Source: Rhodospirillales bacterium (lineage in GTDB: Bacteria; Pseudomonadota; Alphaproteobacteria; Rhodospirillales; Defluviicoccaceae). Taken from it: a DNA stretch of 64,000 nt. Position numbers and translations under genes: made by a program. This document shows positions 11,855 through 23,530 of the stretch, piece after piece. Location of the stretch: NCBI GenBank assembly GCA_007695045.1, contig REEP01000082.1, positions 34,510 through 98,509 of the forward strand, read 5' to 3'. The notes beneath the pieces were generated by a model. That model saw only the letters and a program-made list of their open reading frames with translations. It did no database searches and was not told where the DNA came from. Each line of letters begins with the position of its first letter. The stretch's first letter is position 1.

Positions 11855-12108
11855 CCAGAGCGAAGAGTGCCCATTAGATAGGCAGATGCCGCCGAATTCA
11901 AGGACGTCCGTTCAAACCGTCGCCACGGTACGCTTGCCGGTTCGCGGGCCGGGCGGCGCGTCGGCGAGGACACCGGCCTGTGACATGTTTCCCACACGTG
12001 TCCGTAAAGTGAAAGAGATCGCGGCCGCAGGGCCGCGGCGCCGGCTGAAACGGCCCCGCCGGGGGTCGGGCCCGGCCGGCGGCGGTGCACAATCGATCAC
12101 GTTTGGTT

Positions 12109-12323
12109 GCGAAAAAGTGCGATCGGGATGCGAAAAAAACAACTTTTTTCGAGCTAACCCACTGATATCAAATAAAAGTGTCGAATCCGGCCCGCGCCGA
12201 TGTATACTTTTGTATGCAAACGTTATCATTTTGAAGATTTTCACGTTTGGAATCAAAGAGTTAGCGTTTCGCCGCCGAGGCCCCTCCAGGCTTGCGTCGC
12301 GGCAACCGGACATGATGACACAG
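12109..12323 (+). repeat. AT-rich intergenic repeat, copy A (core)
   Basis: By-eye alignment to 24767-24982 in the same orientation gives roughly three quarters identical positions. Long identical blocks include gcgaaaaagtgcgatcggg, tgatatcaaa, gttatcatttt, agattttc, ctccaggct and catgatg. Weaker similarity continues upstream to about 11925. Confidence 0.7.
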
Positions 12324-12522
12324 GGCTTTGGCCCCGTCAAGGCATTTGATCCTATCGCCCGGCCGTGCCACCCTTTTCGCCCCCCTCGCCCGCTTCCGCG
12401 GGAGAGCGAGGGGCCCGGCGCTCCCCACGGAGCGACGGGCGGGTGAGGGTGCCTGGGGAGAGCGCGATTTCGGGGGTGGGGCGCCACCTTGGCCCGTGGG
12501 GGATTTGTTTTGCGCCCCCTCA

Positions 12523-12561
12523 CCCAACCTCTCCCCCTTTGGGGGAGAGGGAGGGGTTGGG
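12523..12561. repeat. GC-rich REP-like imperfect palindrome
   Basis: cccaacctctccccc-ttt-gggggagagggaggggttggg has a 9-bp perfect inner stem plus an outer stem with a bulge. It sits in the long dusB/TAXI intergenic region and generates spurious ORFs in both strands. Confidence 0.5.
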
Positions 12562-12651
12562 AGCACCGGTGCCTTGCCGTGCCGTCGTCGGGTGGCTAGG
12601 ATCACGTTCTGCCGTTCGGCAAAAGAGACAAATCCGGGTGGGGGCGTACCG

Positions 12652-13800
12652 ATGATCCGCATTGCTGTTGTTGTTTTGAGCTTCGCTTGGTCCCTCGGTC
12701 TCGTTGCGACTCCGGGGCTGGCGCAGGTGCGCGATGCGGCGCAGCTGGCCGCCGAGTTCCGCGAACGCGTGAACCGGGGCACCGTGACCGTGATCTCCGG
12801 CGGGATCAACGGCACGTACATCCGCATCGCCAACGACTTGGCCTTCGTGCTGGACCGCGGCGACGATCTGCGCGTCTTGCCGATCATTGGCAAGGGGTCG
12901 GTTCAGAACATCACCGATATCTTGTACCTGCGCGGCATCGACATCGGCATCGTGCAGTCGGACGTTCTCGCCTACGTTCGCGATGCCGGCATCCATCCCA
13001 CCATCGACCGCCGGGTACGCTACATCACCAAGCTGTATAACGAGGAGTTTCACCTGCTCGGCGGGGCGGGCATCCAATCGATCGAGGACTTGGCCGGGCA
13101 GAAGGTGAACTTCGGAATCGCCGGCAGCGGCACGTTCATGACCGCTTCCATCGTGTTCGACAGCCTCGGCATCGAGGTGGAGCCGGTGTCCCATGACCAG
13201 GGGATGGCGCTGGAACTGCTGGGTTCGGGTGAGATTGCCGGGATGGTCTACGTCGCGGGCAAACCGGCTCAGATCTTCGCCACCGTGCCCGCCGACAGCG
13301 ACATCGGCCTGGTGCCGGTGCCGCTCACCCCGGAACTCATGGAGATTTACCTGCCCTCCCGATTCGAGCATGGCGACTACCCCAACTTGGTCGCCGAGGG
13401 AGGCGCCGTCGAGACCATCGCCATCGGCGCGGTGATGGCCGTATACAACTGGGAACCCCGGCAACCCCGCCACCAGCGGGTGGCCGCCTTCGTGGAAGCA
13501 TTCTTCGACAATTTCGAAGCGTTCCTGCGCGCACCTCGCCACCCCAAGTGGCAGGAAGTCAATCTGGCGGCGGACGTGCCCGGTTGGACCCGGTTCGAGC
13601 CGGCGCAGGCGTGGCTGGACGCGCGGCCGGTCGAGGCGGCAATGGTGTACGACCCCGAACTGCGCCGGGATTTCGAATCCTTCCTCGCCTTTCTCGGCGA
13701 GGCCGACGCCATCACGGTCGACGCGACCCTGGACGAAGGCGCCCGTGCCCGCCTGTTCGATCAGTTCCTGCGCTGGCGGGAAGCCGGCGGGATGCGCTGA
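12652..13800 (+). CDS. TAXI-family TRAP-type solute-binding protein (orphan)
   Basis: Signal peptide MIRIAVVVLSFAWSLGLVATPGLAQV, then VTVISGGINGTYIRIANDLAFVLD, which is typical of TAXI receptors. The ORF-track start at 12328 runs through repeat DNA and is rejected. Confidence 0.8.
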   Translation: MIRIAVVVLSFAWSLGLVATPGLAQVRDAAQLAAEFRERVNRGTVTVISGGINGTYIRIANDLAFVLDRGDDLRVLPIIGKGSVQNITDILYLRGIDIGIVQSDVLAYVRDAGIHPTIDRRVRYITKLYNEEFHLLGGAGIQSIEDLAGQKVNFGIAGSGTFMTASIVFDSLGIEVEPVSHDQGMALELLGSGEIAGMVYVAGKPAQIFATVPADSDIGLVPVPLTPELMEIYLPSRFEHGDYPNLVAEGGAVETIAIGAVMAVYNWEPRQPRHQRVAAFVEAFFDNFEAFLRAPRHPKWQEVNLAADVPGWTRFEPAQAWLDARPVEAAMVYDPELRRDFESFLAFLGEADAITVDATLDEGARARLFDQFLRWREAGGMR

Positions 13801-13889
13801 CGCGGGCCGGCCGCCGCACGGTATTGGGATTAGGGCCAAGTCCTGGCCCGAGGTGCTGGAGCGAGGTCCCAGAGAGCCCTGGATCGGCG

Positions 13890-15290
13890 CTAGAAGTGGA
13901 TGGCGCGGCCGTAGGCGTCCAGCACCGATTCGTGCATCATCTCCGACAGCGTCGGGTGCGGAAATACCGTGTGCATCAACTCGGCCTCGGTGGTTTCGAG
14001 CCTTTTGGCAATGGCGTAGCCCTGGATCAGTTCCGTCACCTCGGCGCCGATCATGTGGGCGCCGAGCAACTCGCCCGACTTGGCGTCGAACACCGTCTTG
14101 ACCATGCCTTCGGGCTCACCCAGCGCCAGCGCCTTGCCGTTGCCGACGAAGGGGAACCGCCCCACCTTGACGGCGCGCCCGTCCGCCTTGGCCGCCGCCT
14201 CGGTGAGGCCGACGCTCGCCACCTGCGGGTGGCTGTAGGTGCAGCCGGGCACGCCCCGGACGTCCAGCGGGTGAACGTCGTTGAGCCCCGCGATTTTCTC
14301 GACGCAGATGACGCCCTCGTGGCTGGCCTTGTGGGCGAGCCACGGCGGTCCTACCAGGTCGCCGATGGCGTAGACCCCGGGCTCGTCGGTGCGGAGCCAT
14401 TCGTCCACCACCACGTGGCTCTTCTCCACCCGGATGCGGGTGTCCTCGAGGCCGATGTTCTCCACGTTGCCGACGATTCCGACGGCAAGGATCGCCCGGT
14501 CGACGGTGAGCTCGAAGGACTTGTCGCCGTCCTGCACGGTCGCCGTCACGCTGTCGCCGTTCTTCTTGAGAGCTGACACGGACGCCTTGGTAAGGATGCG
14601 TATGCCCTGCTTCTCGAACGCCTTGCGGGCGAAGGCGGAGATTTCCTCGTCCTCCACCGGCAGGATGCGGTCGAGGATTTCCACCACCGTCACCTCGGCC
14701 CCGAGCGAACGGTAGAAGCTCGCGAACTCGATGCCAATGGCACCGGAGCCGATGACCAGCAGCGACTTCGGCATGCTCGGTGGCACCATCGCTTCCATGT
14801 AGGTCCAGATCAGCTTGCCGTCCGGCTCCAGCCCCGGCAGGGTCCGCGCCCGGGCGCCGCTGGCGAGGATGATGTGCTTGGCGGTGAGGTCGGCAACCGT
14901 TTTGCCATCCTTTTCCACATGCACCTTGCCCTGGCCGGCCAAGCGGCCGAAGCCGTCCACCACCTGCACCTTGTTCTTGCGCAGGAGATGGCCGACGCCG
15001 CCGGCCAGCTGCGAGGCCACCTTGCGCGAGCGCTCGACCACCTTGCCCATGTCGAAGGACAGGCCTTCGACCTTGAGCCCGAAGCTGTCGGCGTGCTTGA
15101 GGGTGTCGAATACCTCGGCCGTACGGAGCAGTGCCTTCGTCGGGATGCAGCCCCAGTTGAGGCAGACACCGCCAAGGTGCTTGCCCTCGACCACGGCGGT
15201 CTTCATGCCGAGCTGGGCAGCCCTGATGGCGGCGACGTAGCCCCCGGGGCCGGCGCCGATCACGACGATATCAAAGGCATTGTCGGCCAT
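13890..15290 (-). CDS. lpdA: Dihydrolipoyl dehydrogenase (E3)
   Basis: Has VVIGAGPGGYVAAIRAAQLG (FAD binding), GGVCLNWGCIPTKALL (redox-active disulfide) and the C-terminal HAHPTLSE-like FPHPTLSEM. Confidence 0.93.
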   Translation of the reverse strand: MADNAFDIVVIGAGPGGYVAAIRAAQLGMKTAVVEGKHLGGVCLNWGCIPTKALLRTAEVFDTLKHADSFGLKVEGLSFDMGKVVERSRKVASQLAGGVGHLLRKNKVQVVDGFGRLAGQGKVHVEKDGKTVADLTAKHIILASGARARTLPGLEPDGKLIWTYMEAMVPPSMPKSLLVIGSGAIGIEFASFYRSLGAEVTVVEILDRILPVEDEEISAFARKAFEKQGIRILTKASVSALKKNGDSVTATVQDGDKSFELTVDRAILAVGIVGNVENIGLEDTRIRVEKSHVVVDEWLRTDEPGVYAIGDLVGPPWLAHKASHEGVICVEKIAGLNDVHPLDVRGVPGCTYSHPQVASVGLTEAAAKADGRAVKVGRFPFVGNGKALALGEPEGMVKTVFDAKSGELLGAHMIGAEVTELIQGYAIAKRLETTEAELMHTVFPHPTLSEMMHESVLDAYGRAIHF

Positions 15291-15342
15291 GGTTGGAGCC
15301 CTTTCTCTTCCGTCCGCGCGGACTAGGGTCTGGTGCCGCGGA

Positions 15343-16707
15343 TCACAGCAGCATGGTCAGCGGCTCTTCGATCAGCCCCTTGAAGATCGCCAGGAACTCG
15401 GCGCCGCGGGCACCGTCCACCGACCGGTGATCGGCCGACAGGGTGCAACTCATCATGGTCGCGACGGCCAGGGCGCCATCGCGCACCACCGGGCGCTGTT
15501 CCGCCGCGCCCACCGACATCAGGCAGGACTGCGGTGGATTGATGATGGCGGCGAACTCGCTGATGCCGAACATGCCGAGGTTGGAAACGGTGAAGCCACC
15601 GCCCTGGTAGTCTTCCGGGGCCAGTCTGCCCTCGCGCGCCTTCGCGGCCAGGGCCTTGACCTCGTTGGAGATGGCAGCGAGGCCCTTGTGGTCGGCGTTG
15701 CGCACCACCGGCGTGATCAGGCCGCCCGGCGAATCCACCGCCACGGCCACGTCCACCGTCTCGAACAGGCGGATGGCGTCGTCGGTCCAGGACGAGTTGG
15801 CTTCCGGATACCGGCGCAAGGCCAGAGCTACGGCGCGCACCACGAAATCGTTCACGGAAAGCTTGTAGGCCCCCTCCCCTTCCGGTGAGCGCGCGTTCAA
15901 TTCCTGGCGCAGTTCCATCACCGCGTCGAGACAGCAGTGGATGGTGAGGTAATAGTGCGGGATCTCCCGTTTGGAGGCCGAGAGCCTTTGCGCGATCACC
16001 TTCCGCATGGTGGTATTGGGGACTTCGCGGAAGGGTGAGGTCGGCTCCGGGATCGCCGCCTTGGCGGGTTCCGCGGCAGCTGGGGCCGCGGCAGCCGGGG
16101 CCGGGGCTTCGGGCGCGGCCGGTCGAGCGGCGGCCTCGGCCTTGGCCGTTTCGATATCGCGCTTGACGATGCGCCCGTGCGGACCGGTACCGGCGATGGC
16201 GGCGAGATCCAGCCCGGCCTCCGCGGCCAGGCGACGCGCCAACGGGCTTGCGAAAATCCGCTCCCCCGCGGCCCGCTGCGGGGCTTCGGCAGCGGCCGGC
16301 TTTGCGTGCGGCTGGACGGGCGGCTGGGCGGGCGGCTGGGCCGGCTGCGCCGCCGGCATCGGCTCAGACTTGGCGGGTTCCGGCGCGGCGGCTTCGCCCT
16401 TGGGCGCCTCGGCAGCGACCCTGCCGGCCTCCACCGCCGCCTGATCCAGGGCGGATTCGTCCTCGCCTTCTTCCAGCAAGAGCGCGATCGGCGCGTTCAC
16501 CGCGACCCCTTCGGTGCCTTCAGACACCAGGATGCGCCCCAGCACCCCCTCCTCCACCGCTTCCACCTCCATGGTGGCCTTGTCGGTTTCGATCTCCGCC
16601 AGCACGTCGCCGGACTCGACCGTATCGCCTTCCTTCTTGAGCCACTTCGCCAGCTTGCCCTCGGTCATGGTCGGCGACAGCGCCGGCATCAGCACTTGGA
16701 TCGGCAT
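15343..16707 (-). CDS. pdhC: Pyruvate dehydrogenase E2, dihydrolipoamide acetyltransferase
   Basis: Lipoyl domain ([22 protein letters not shown]...[11 protein letters not shown]), Ala/Pro linker, E3-binding domain (FASPLARRLAAEAGLDL) and catalytic domain (DHRSVDGA). The ATG at 16707 is chosen; the ORF-track start at 16878 overlaps pdhB. Confidence 0.92.
   Translation of the reverse strand: MPIQVLMPALSPTMTEGKLAKWLKKEGDTVESGDVLAEIETDKATMEVEAVEEGVLGRILVSEGTEGVAVNAPIALLLEEGEDESALDQAAVEAGRVAAEAPKGEAAAPEPAKSEPMPAAQPAQPPAQPPVQPHAKPAAAEAPQRAAGERIFASPLARRLAAEAGLDLAAIAGTGPHGRIVKRDIETAKAEAAARPAAPEAPAPAAAAPAAAEPAKAAIPEPTSPFREVPNTTMRKVIAQRLSASKREIPHYYLTIHCCLDAVMELRQELNARSPEGEGAYKLSVNDFVVRAVALALRRYPEANSSWTDDAIRLFETVDVAVAVDSPGGLITPVVRNADHKGLAAISNEVKALAAKAREGRLAPEDYQGGGFTVSNLGMFGISEFAAIINPPQSCLMSVGAAEQRPVVRDGALAVATMMSCTLSADHRSVDGARGAEFLAIFKGLIEEPLTMLL
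16441..16707 (-). repeat. Lipoyl-domain DNA repeat, copy 1 (within pdhC)
   Basis: Near-identical at DNA level to 17846-18112. The last roughly 57 nt (cagcttgccctcggtcatggtcggcgacagcgccggcatcagcacttggatcggcat) are identical in both. Confidence 0.85.
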
Positions 16708-16735
16708 GGCCTCGCTCCTCGATCGCCGCTTGAGG

Positions 16736-18112
16736 TTACCGGTAGCAGACGGATTGAGCCGCCAGGACAATCCCGTCCGCCTGGGGCAGGGCGAGCTTTT
16801 CCAGGTTGGCAGCGTAAGGCATCGGGACATCCGCGCCGGTAACGCGGGTGACCGGCGCGTCCAGGTAGTCGAAGGCATGCTCCATCATCAGAGCCGCCAT
16901 TTCCGAGCCGATGCCCGCCAGCGGCCAGCCTTCCTCCACGCTGACCAGACGGTTGGTTTTCTTGACCGAGCTCACGATGGTGTCCACGTCCAGCGGACGG
17001 AGCGAGCGAAGGTTGATCACTTCGGCGTCGATATCCTGCTGTTCGAGCAGCTTGGCCGCTTCCAGCGCGACCCCGACCATGCGGGAGAAGGCGACGATGG
17101 TGACGTCCTTACCCGGGCGCTCGATCTTGGCGCGGCCGATGGGCAGGACGAACTCCGGATCGGTGGGCACCTCGAAGCTGTGGCCGTACATGATCTCGTT
17201 CTCGAGCACGATCACCGGGTTGGGATCGCGGATGGCGGCCTTGAGCAGGCCCTTGGCATCGGCCCCGGAATAGGGGGCAACCACCTTGAGCCCGGGGCAA
17301 TGGGCGTACCATGAGGCGTAGCATTGCGAATGCTGGGCCGCCACCCGGGCGGCGGCGCCGTTGGGTCCGCGGAACACGATCGGGGCCCCCATCTTGCCGC
17401 CGGCCATGTAGAGGGTCTTGGCCGCCGAGTTGATGATCTGGTCGATGGCCTGCATGGCGAAGTTGAAGGTCATGAACTCCACCACCGGCTTGAGCCCGGC
17501 GAAAGCGGCGCCGACGCCCAGCCCGGCGAAGCCCTGTTCCGTGATCGGCGTGTCCACCACCCGTTTCGGTCCGAACTCCTGAAGCAGCCCCTGGGTCACC
17601 TTGTAGGCACCCTGGTACTCGGCGATCTCCTCGCCCAACAGGAACACGTCGGGATCGCGCCGCATCTCCTCGGCCATGGCGTCGCGCAGGGCTTCGCGCA
17701 CCGTCATCGTGGCGGTGGGCCCGGTGTATTCGGGTTCGGCCGGCACATCACCCGCGGGCGGCTCGGTCGGCCGGGGAGTCTGCGCCGGCAGTTGAGCCAC
17801 GGCCTCCGGCGCCGGCTCGGCGCCCTTGTCCGGCGCGGGCGCGGCCTGATCGAGCGCGCTTTCGTCCTCGCCCTCCTCCAGCAAAAGCGCGATCGGCGCG
17901 TTGACCGCCACCCCTTCGGTGCCGGCCGGCACCAGGATGCGCCCCAGCACACCCTCGTCCACCGCCTCCACCTCCATGGTGGCTTTGTCGGTCTCGATCT
18001 CCGCCAGAACGTCGCCGGAGGCAACGGCATCGCCTTCGTTCTTCAGCCACTTGGCCAGCTTGCCCTCGGTCATGGTCGGCGACAGCGCCGGCATCAGCAC
18101 TTGGATCGGCAT
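16736..18112 (-). CDS. pdhB: Pyruvate dehydrogenase E1 beta subunit with N-terminal lipoyl domain
   Basis: N-terminal lipoyl domain, Pro/Ala linker, then the transketolase-like beta subunit ([37 protein letters not shown]...). ATG at 18112 with a GGGGAGA RBS. Confidence 0.92.
   Translation of the reverse strand: MPIQVLMPALSPTMTEGKLAKWLKNEGDAVASGDVLAEIETDKATMEVEAVDEGVLGRILVPAGTEGVAVNAPIALLLEEGEDESALDQAAPAPDKGAEPAPEAVAQLPAQTPRPTEPPAGDVPAEPEYTGPTATMTVREALRDAMAEEMRRDPDVFLLGEEIAEYQGAYKVTQGLLQEFGPKRVVDTPITEQGFAGLGVGAAFAGLKPVVEFMTFNFAMQAIDQIINSAAKTLYMAGGKMGAPIVFRGPNGAAARVAAQHSQCYASWYAHCPGLKVVAPYSGADAKGLLKAAIRDPNPVIVLENEIMYGHSFEVPTDPEFVLPIGRAKIERPGKDVTIVAFSRMVGVALEAAKLLEQQDIDAEVINLRSLRPLDVDTIVSSVKKTNRLVSVEEGWPLAGIGSEMAALMMEHAFDYLDAPVTRVTGADVPMPYAANLEKLALPQADGIVLAAQSVCYR
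17846..18112 (-). repeat. Lipoyl-domain DNA repeat, copy 2 (within pdhB)
   Basis: See 16441-16707. Confidence 0.85.
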
Positions 18113-18164
18113 CAAGGGGTCTCCCCGGATCGATACTTCTGTTGGTCGTCGGTGAACAGGCGGT

Positions 18165-19190
18165 TCAGGCCTCGATCAGGACGTCGGTCCAGAGCTCGGC
18201 CGGATCGGGCTCCGGGCTCTCCTGGGAGAAGTCGGCGGCCTCACCCACGATCGCCTTGACCTCGCGGTCGATCTCCTTGAGGGCAGCCTCGTCGGCGTGG
18301 CCCTGGTCGAGCAGGTGGGTGCGCAAGGAATCGATCGGGTCGCTTTCCTTGCGCATCTTGCTGACTTCCTCCTTGGTGCGGTACTTGGCCGGATCGGACA
18401 TGGAGTGGCCGCGGTAGCGGTAGGTCTTCATCTCCATCACGTACGGGCCCTGGCCGCCGCGCACGTGCTCCACCACCTTCTCGCCAGCGGCGCGCACCTC
18501 AAGGACGTTCATGCCGTCGACATGCACCCCCGGAATCCCGAAACTTTCGCCACGGCGAAACAGCTCCGTTGTGGCCGAGGCCCGCTCCACCGACGTCCCC
18601 ATGCCGTACTTGTTGTTCTCGATCACGTAGATCACCGGCAACTTCCAGAGCGAGGCCATGTTGAAGGATTCGTAGACCTGCCCCTGGTTGACCGCGCCAT
18701 CGCCGAAGTAGCAATAGTTGATGCCGCCGTCCTCCCGGTACTTGTGGGCGAACCCGAGGCCGGTGCCGAGCGGCACCGACGCGCCCACGATGCCATGGCC
18801 GCCATAGAAGCCTTTCTCCCGGCTGAACATGTGCATCGACCCGCCCTTGCCCTTGGAATAGCCGCCGATGCGCCCGGTGAGTTCGGCCATGACCCCCTTG
18901 GCGTCCATGCCGGTGGCGAGCATGTGGCCGTGGTCGCGATAGGTCGTGATGATCGAATCGCCCGGTTGGGCCAGGGACTGCAGCCCCACCACCACCGCTT
19001 CCTGACCGATGTAGAGATGGCAGAACCCGGCGATCAGGCCCATGCCGTAGAGCTGCCCCGCCTTTTCCTCGAACCGCCGGATCAGCAGCATGTCGCGGTA
19101 GAACTTGAGCAGAAGGTCCCGGTCCAGCGGCGTCTCCGCCGCCTTGCCCTTGCCGCCCCGCTTGCCCGCGGCGCCAGATTGCTCGGCCAT
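18165..19190 (-). CDS. pdhA: Pyruvate dehydrogenase E1 alpha subunit
   Basis: Has [39 protein letters not shown] and the ThDP motif [20 protein letters not shown] at 19190 with a GGGAGGA RBS. Confidence 0.92.
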   Translation of the reverse strand: MAEQSGAAGKRGGKGKAAETPLDRDLLLKFYRDMLLIRRFEEKAGQLYGMGLIAGFCHLYIGQEAVVVGLQSLAQPGDSIITTYRDHGHMLATGMDAKGVMAELTGRIGGYSKGKGGSMHMFSREKGFYGGHGIVGASVPLGTGLGFAHKYREDGGINYCYFGDGAVNQGQVYESFNMASLWKLPVIYVIENNKYGMGTSVERASATTELFRRGESFGIPGVHVDGMNVLEVRAAGEKVVEHVRGGQGPYVMEMKTYRYRGHSMSDPAKYRTKEEVSKMRKESDPIDSLRTHLLDQGHADEAALKEIDREVKAIVGEAADFSQESPEPDPAELWTDVLIEA

Positions 19191-19388
19191 CACATCCTCC
19201 CTGCTGTCGGTTGCGGCGCCTGCAACGCCGGAACCGGGCGCGGCCACATTGGTAACGGGGTGGAAGGCCGGAATCGGCCTCCGAGTGACCCGACACCATG
19301 TGATCCTATTGCGACAGCAACGCAATGACAAGCCGGAAGAAAACCGCTGCGGGGCCAACAACCACTTGTTATGACTGGACTTAGGCTG

Positions 19389-19409
19389 AATTAACCGGAG
19401 TGTGGTTAA
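19389..19409. promoter_or_regulatory. 7-bp perfect inverted repeat between ftsB and pdhA
   Basis: attaacc-ggagtgt-ggttaat, AT-rich, upstream of pdhA. It is either an operator or a weak terminator for ftsB, and its function is unknown. Confidence 0.25.
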
Positions 19410-19491
19410 TCACCTCGACCGCCGATGCGCCGGATCATCCACGGTCAGACCGGATCCTGCCCGTACCGACCAAGTGGCCACCGCCGACCGA

Positions 19492-19824
19492 TCAAGGCGG
19501 CGCATCCTGTGGCGCATCGCCGGGGAAGATGACGATATCGTCGGGGTGGCCGAGACCGAGATTGCGGCGGGCCATCTCTTCCAGCAAGTCCGCATCCAGG
19601 CTTTCGGGCCGCAGCAGGCGAACCCGATGCTCCAGCACCTGCCGTTCGGCCTGGAGTCGGTCACGCTCCGCCAGCGCCCGGTCGTACTCGTCCTCCATCT
19701 CCCGCCAGGCCTGGATGCCGCGATCGCCATGCAGCACGTGGTAGGCGAAAAACGCGATCAGCAGCAGGCCGATCGCCGGCCCGGCAAGCAGACGGAGCCC
19801 CCGTTTCAATGCGGCAACCGACAT
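19492..19824 (-). CDS. ftsB: Septum formation initiator family protein (FtsB/DivIC-like)
   Basis: A single N-terminal TM helix followed by a coiled coil (EMEDEYDRALAERDRLQAERQVLEHRVRLL). It has the conserved position between eno and pdhA. Confidence 0.8.
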   Translation of the reverse strand: MSVAALKRGLRLLAGPAIGLLLIAFFAYHVLHGDRGIQAWREMEDEYDRALAERDRLQAERQVLEHRVRLLRPESLDADLLEEMARRNLGLGHPDDIVIFPGDAPQDAPP

Positions 19825-20002
19825 CAAGCCAGCCTGCGCCGTTGCAGTCGGCGCCCCTCAGCAATGACACCCCGATCGGAACCCTACCCTGCCCCGAGGA
19901 TGATTACCATCCGCTTGCAAGAACAGACGGGGTGACGGGCGGCAGCATCTGCGTCCGCCCGCCCCCCCGGTTTCGATGCCCCGGTTTCGATGCCCAAGCC
20001 GC

Positions 20003-22631
<2,629 letters not shown>

Positions 22632-22673
22632 ACGGACTGGCCGCCGGCGCCGAACGACCGTGGTCGACGCTTG

Positions 22674-22705
22674 CTCCCCGCGGAATCCGAGGGAACCGCG
22701 GGGAG
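22674..22705. terminator. Hairpin between convergent genes
   Basis: ctccccgcgg-N12-ccgcggggag, a 10-bp perfect stem between the pLGIC-like gene and the OsmC gene. There is no clear U-tract. Confidence 0.4.
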
Positions 22706-22733
22706 CCCGGCGCCGCTGTCGACGGCCCTTCCC

Positions 22734-23318
22734 TCATGCAGACACGCGCGTGATCTCGACCGGCACCGGCCGGCAGACGGTGTTGCACACCGGCGAGTGC
22801 TGCTGCGTGTAGGCCAGCAGATCCTCGATCTCCTGGTCCGAACAGTCGGCCTTGACGTTCATTTTGATCCGTATCCGCTCGTACCCGGGTGACACCGTCT
22901 CATCGAGGCCGAGCAGCCCGCGCACGTCGAGGTCGCCGTCCAGTTCGGTCGACAGCTCCCGGATGGTGATGCCCCGGGCCATGGCGTGCAGGACGAAGGT
23001 CGTGGTGACGCATCCCGCCAGCGCGTGCAGCAGGAACTCGACAGGATTGGCGCCCTCGTTGTCGCCGAGCAGGACCGGCGGCTCGCCGTTGATGAACTCG
23101 AACGATGTGGTCCGGGAGGCGTCCTCCCGCCCGACGCCGTAGAAATCGCGAATCATCGAGCGGTTGGTGCCGCCATCGATCCAGGTGTTGTGGGCGCGGA
23201 ACTGGAACCGTGCCAGGCCGGCATCGGCCTTGACCGCTTCGATGGTTTCCAACGCGGCCTGCACGTCAAGGCCGTTGATGCGGGTCGGGGGTGTGCTGAC
23301 GTTCTGTTGACTTTGCAT
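22734..23318 (-). CDS. OsmC family peroxiredoxin-like protein
   Basis: Has ...GANPVEFLLHALAGCVTTTFVLHA... and ...QQHSPVCNTV, the two conserved Cys contexts of the OsmC/Ohr fold. ATG at 23318 with a GGGAGA RBS. Confidence 0.85.
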   Translation of the reverse strand: MQSQQNVSTPPTRINGLDVQAALETIEAVKADAGLARFQFRAHNTWIDGGTNRSMIRDFYGVGREDASRTTSFEFINGEPPVLLGDNEGANPVEFLLHALAGCVTTTFVLHAMARGITIRELSTELDGDLDVRGLLGLDETVSPGYERIRIKMNVKADCSDQEIEDLLAYTQQHSPVCNTVCRPVPVEITRVSA

Positions 23319-23530
23319 TGTTCGTCTCCCTGCCATGAATACCAGGCGCTTCATGCGGCTGATGGAGACCAGTGTACGGCCGGGGCGCGGTCGGCATCAG
23401 ATTGACTCCGGTCAGAAAAGGTCCGATCGTGCCACGAAACGGACAGCCGTCGATGCAACCGCGCCCTGCCCCGCCCGTCGAGGCATTGATCGTGGCGCTG
23501 CCGTAGACCGCCGGCTCAGCGCTCTACGGC

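Noticed and set aside
12230-12265. Possible sigma-54 (-24/-12) promoter inside the AT-rich repeat (tggaatcaaagagttagc)
   Set aside because: The GG-to-GC spacing is 13 nt instead of the required 10, and the element is not positioned before a plausible sigma-54 target.
12328-12651. Upstream extension of the TAXI ORF, and the overlapping ORFs 12261-12893(-) and 12365-12655(+)
   Set aside because: They run through GC-rich palindromic repeat DNA (PLSPLGERG / GEGAWGE-type translations). The real protein starts with a signal peptide at 12652.
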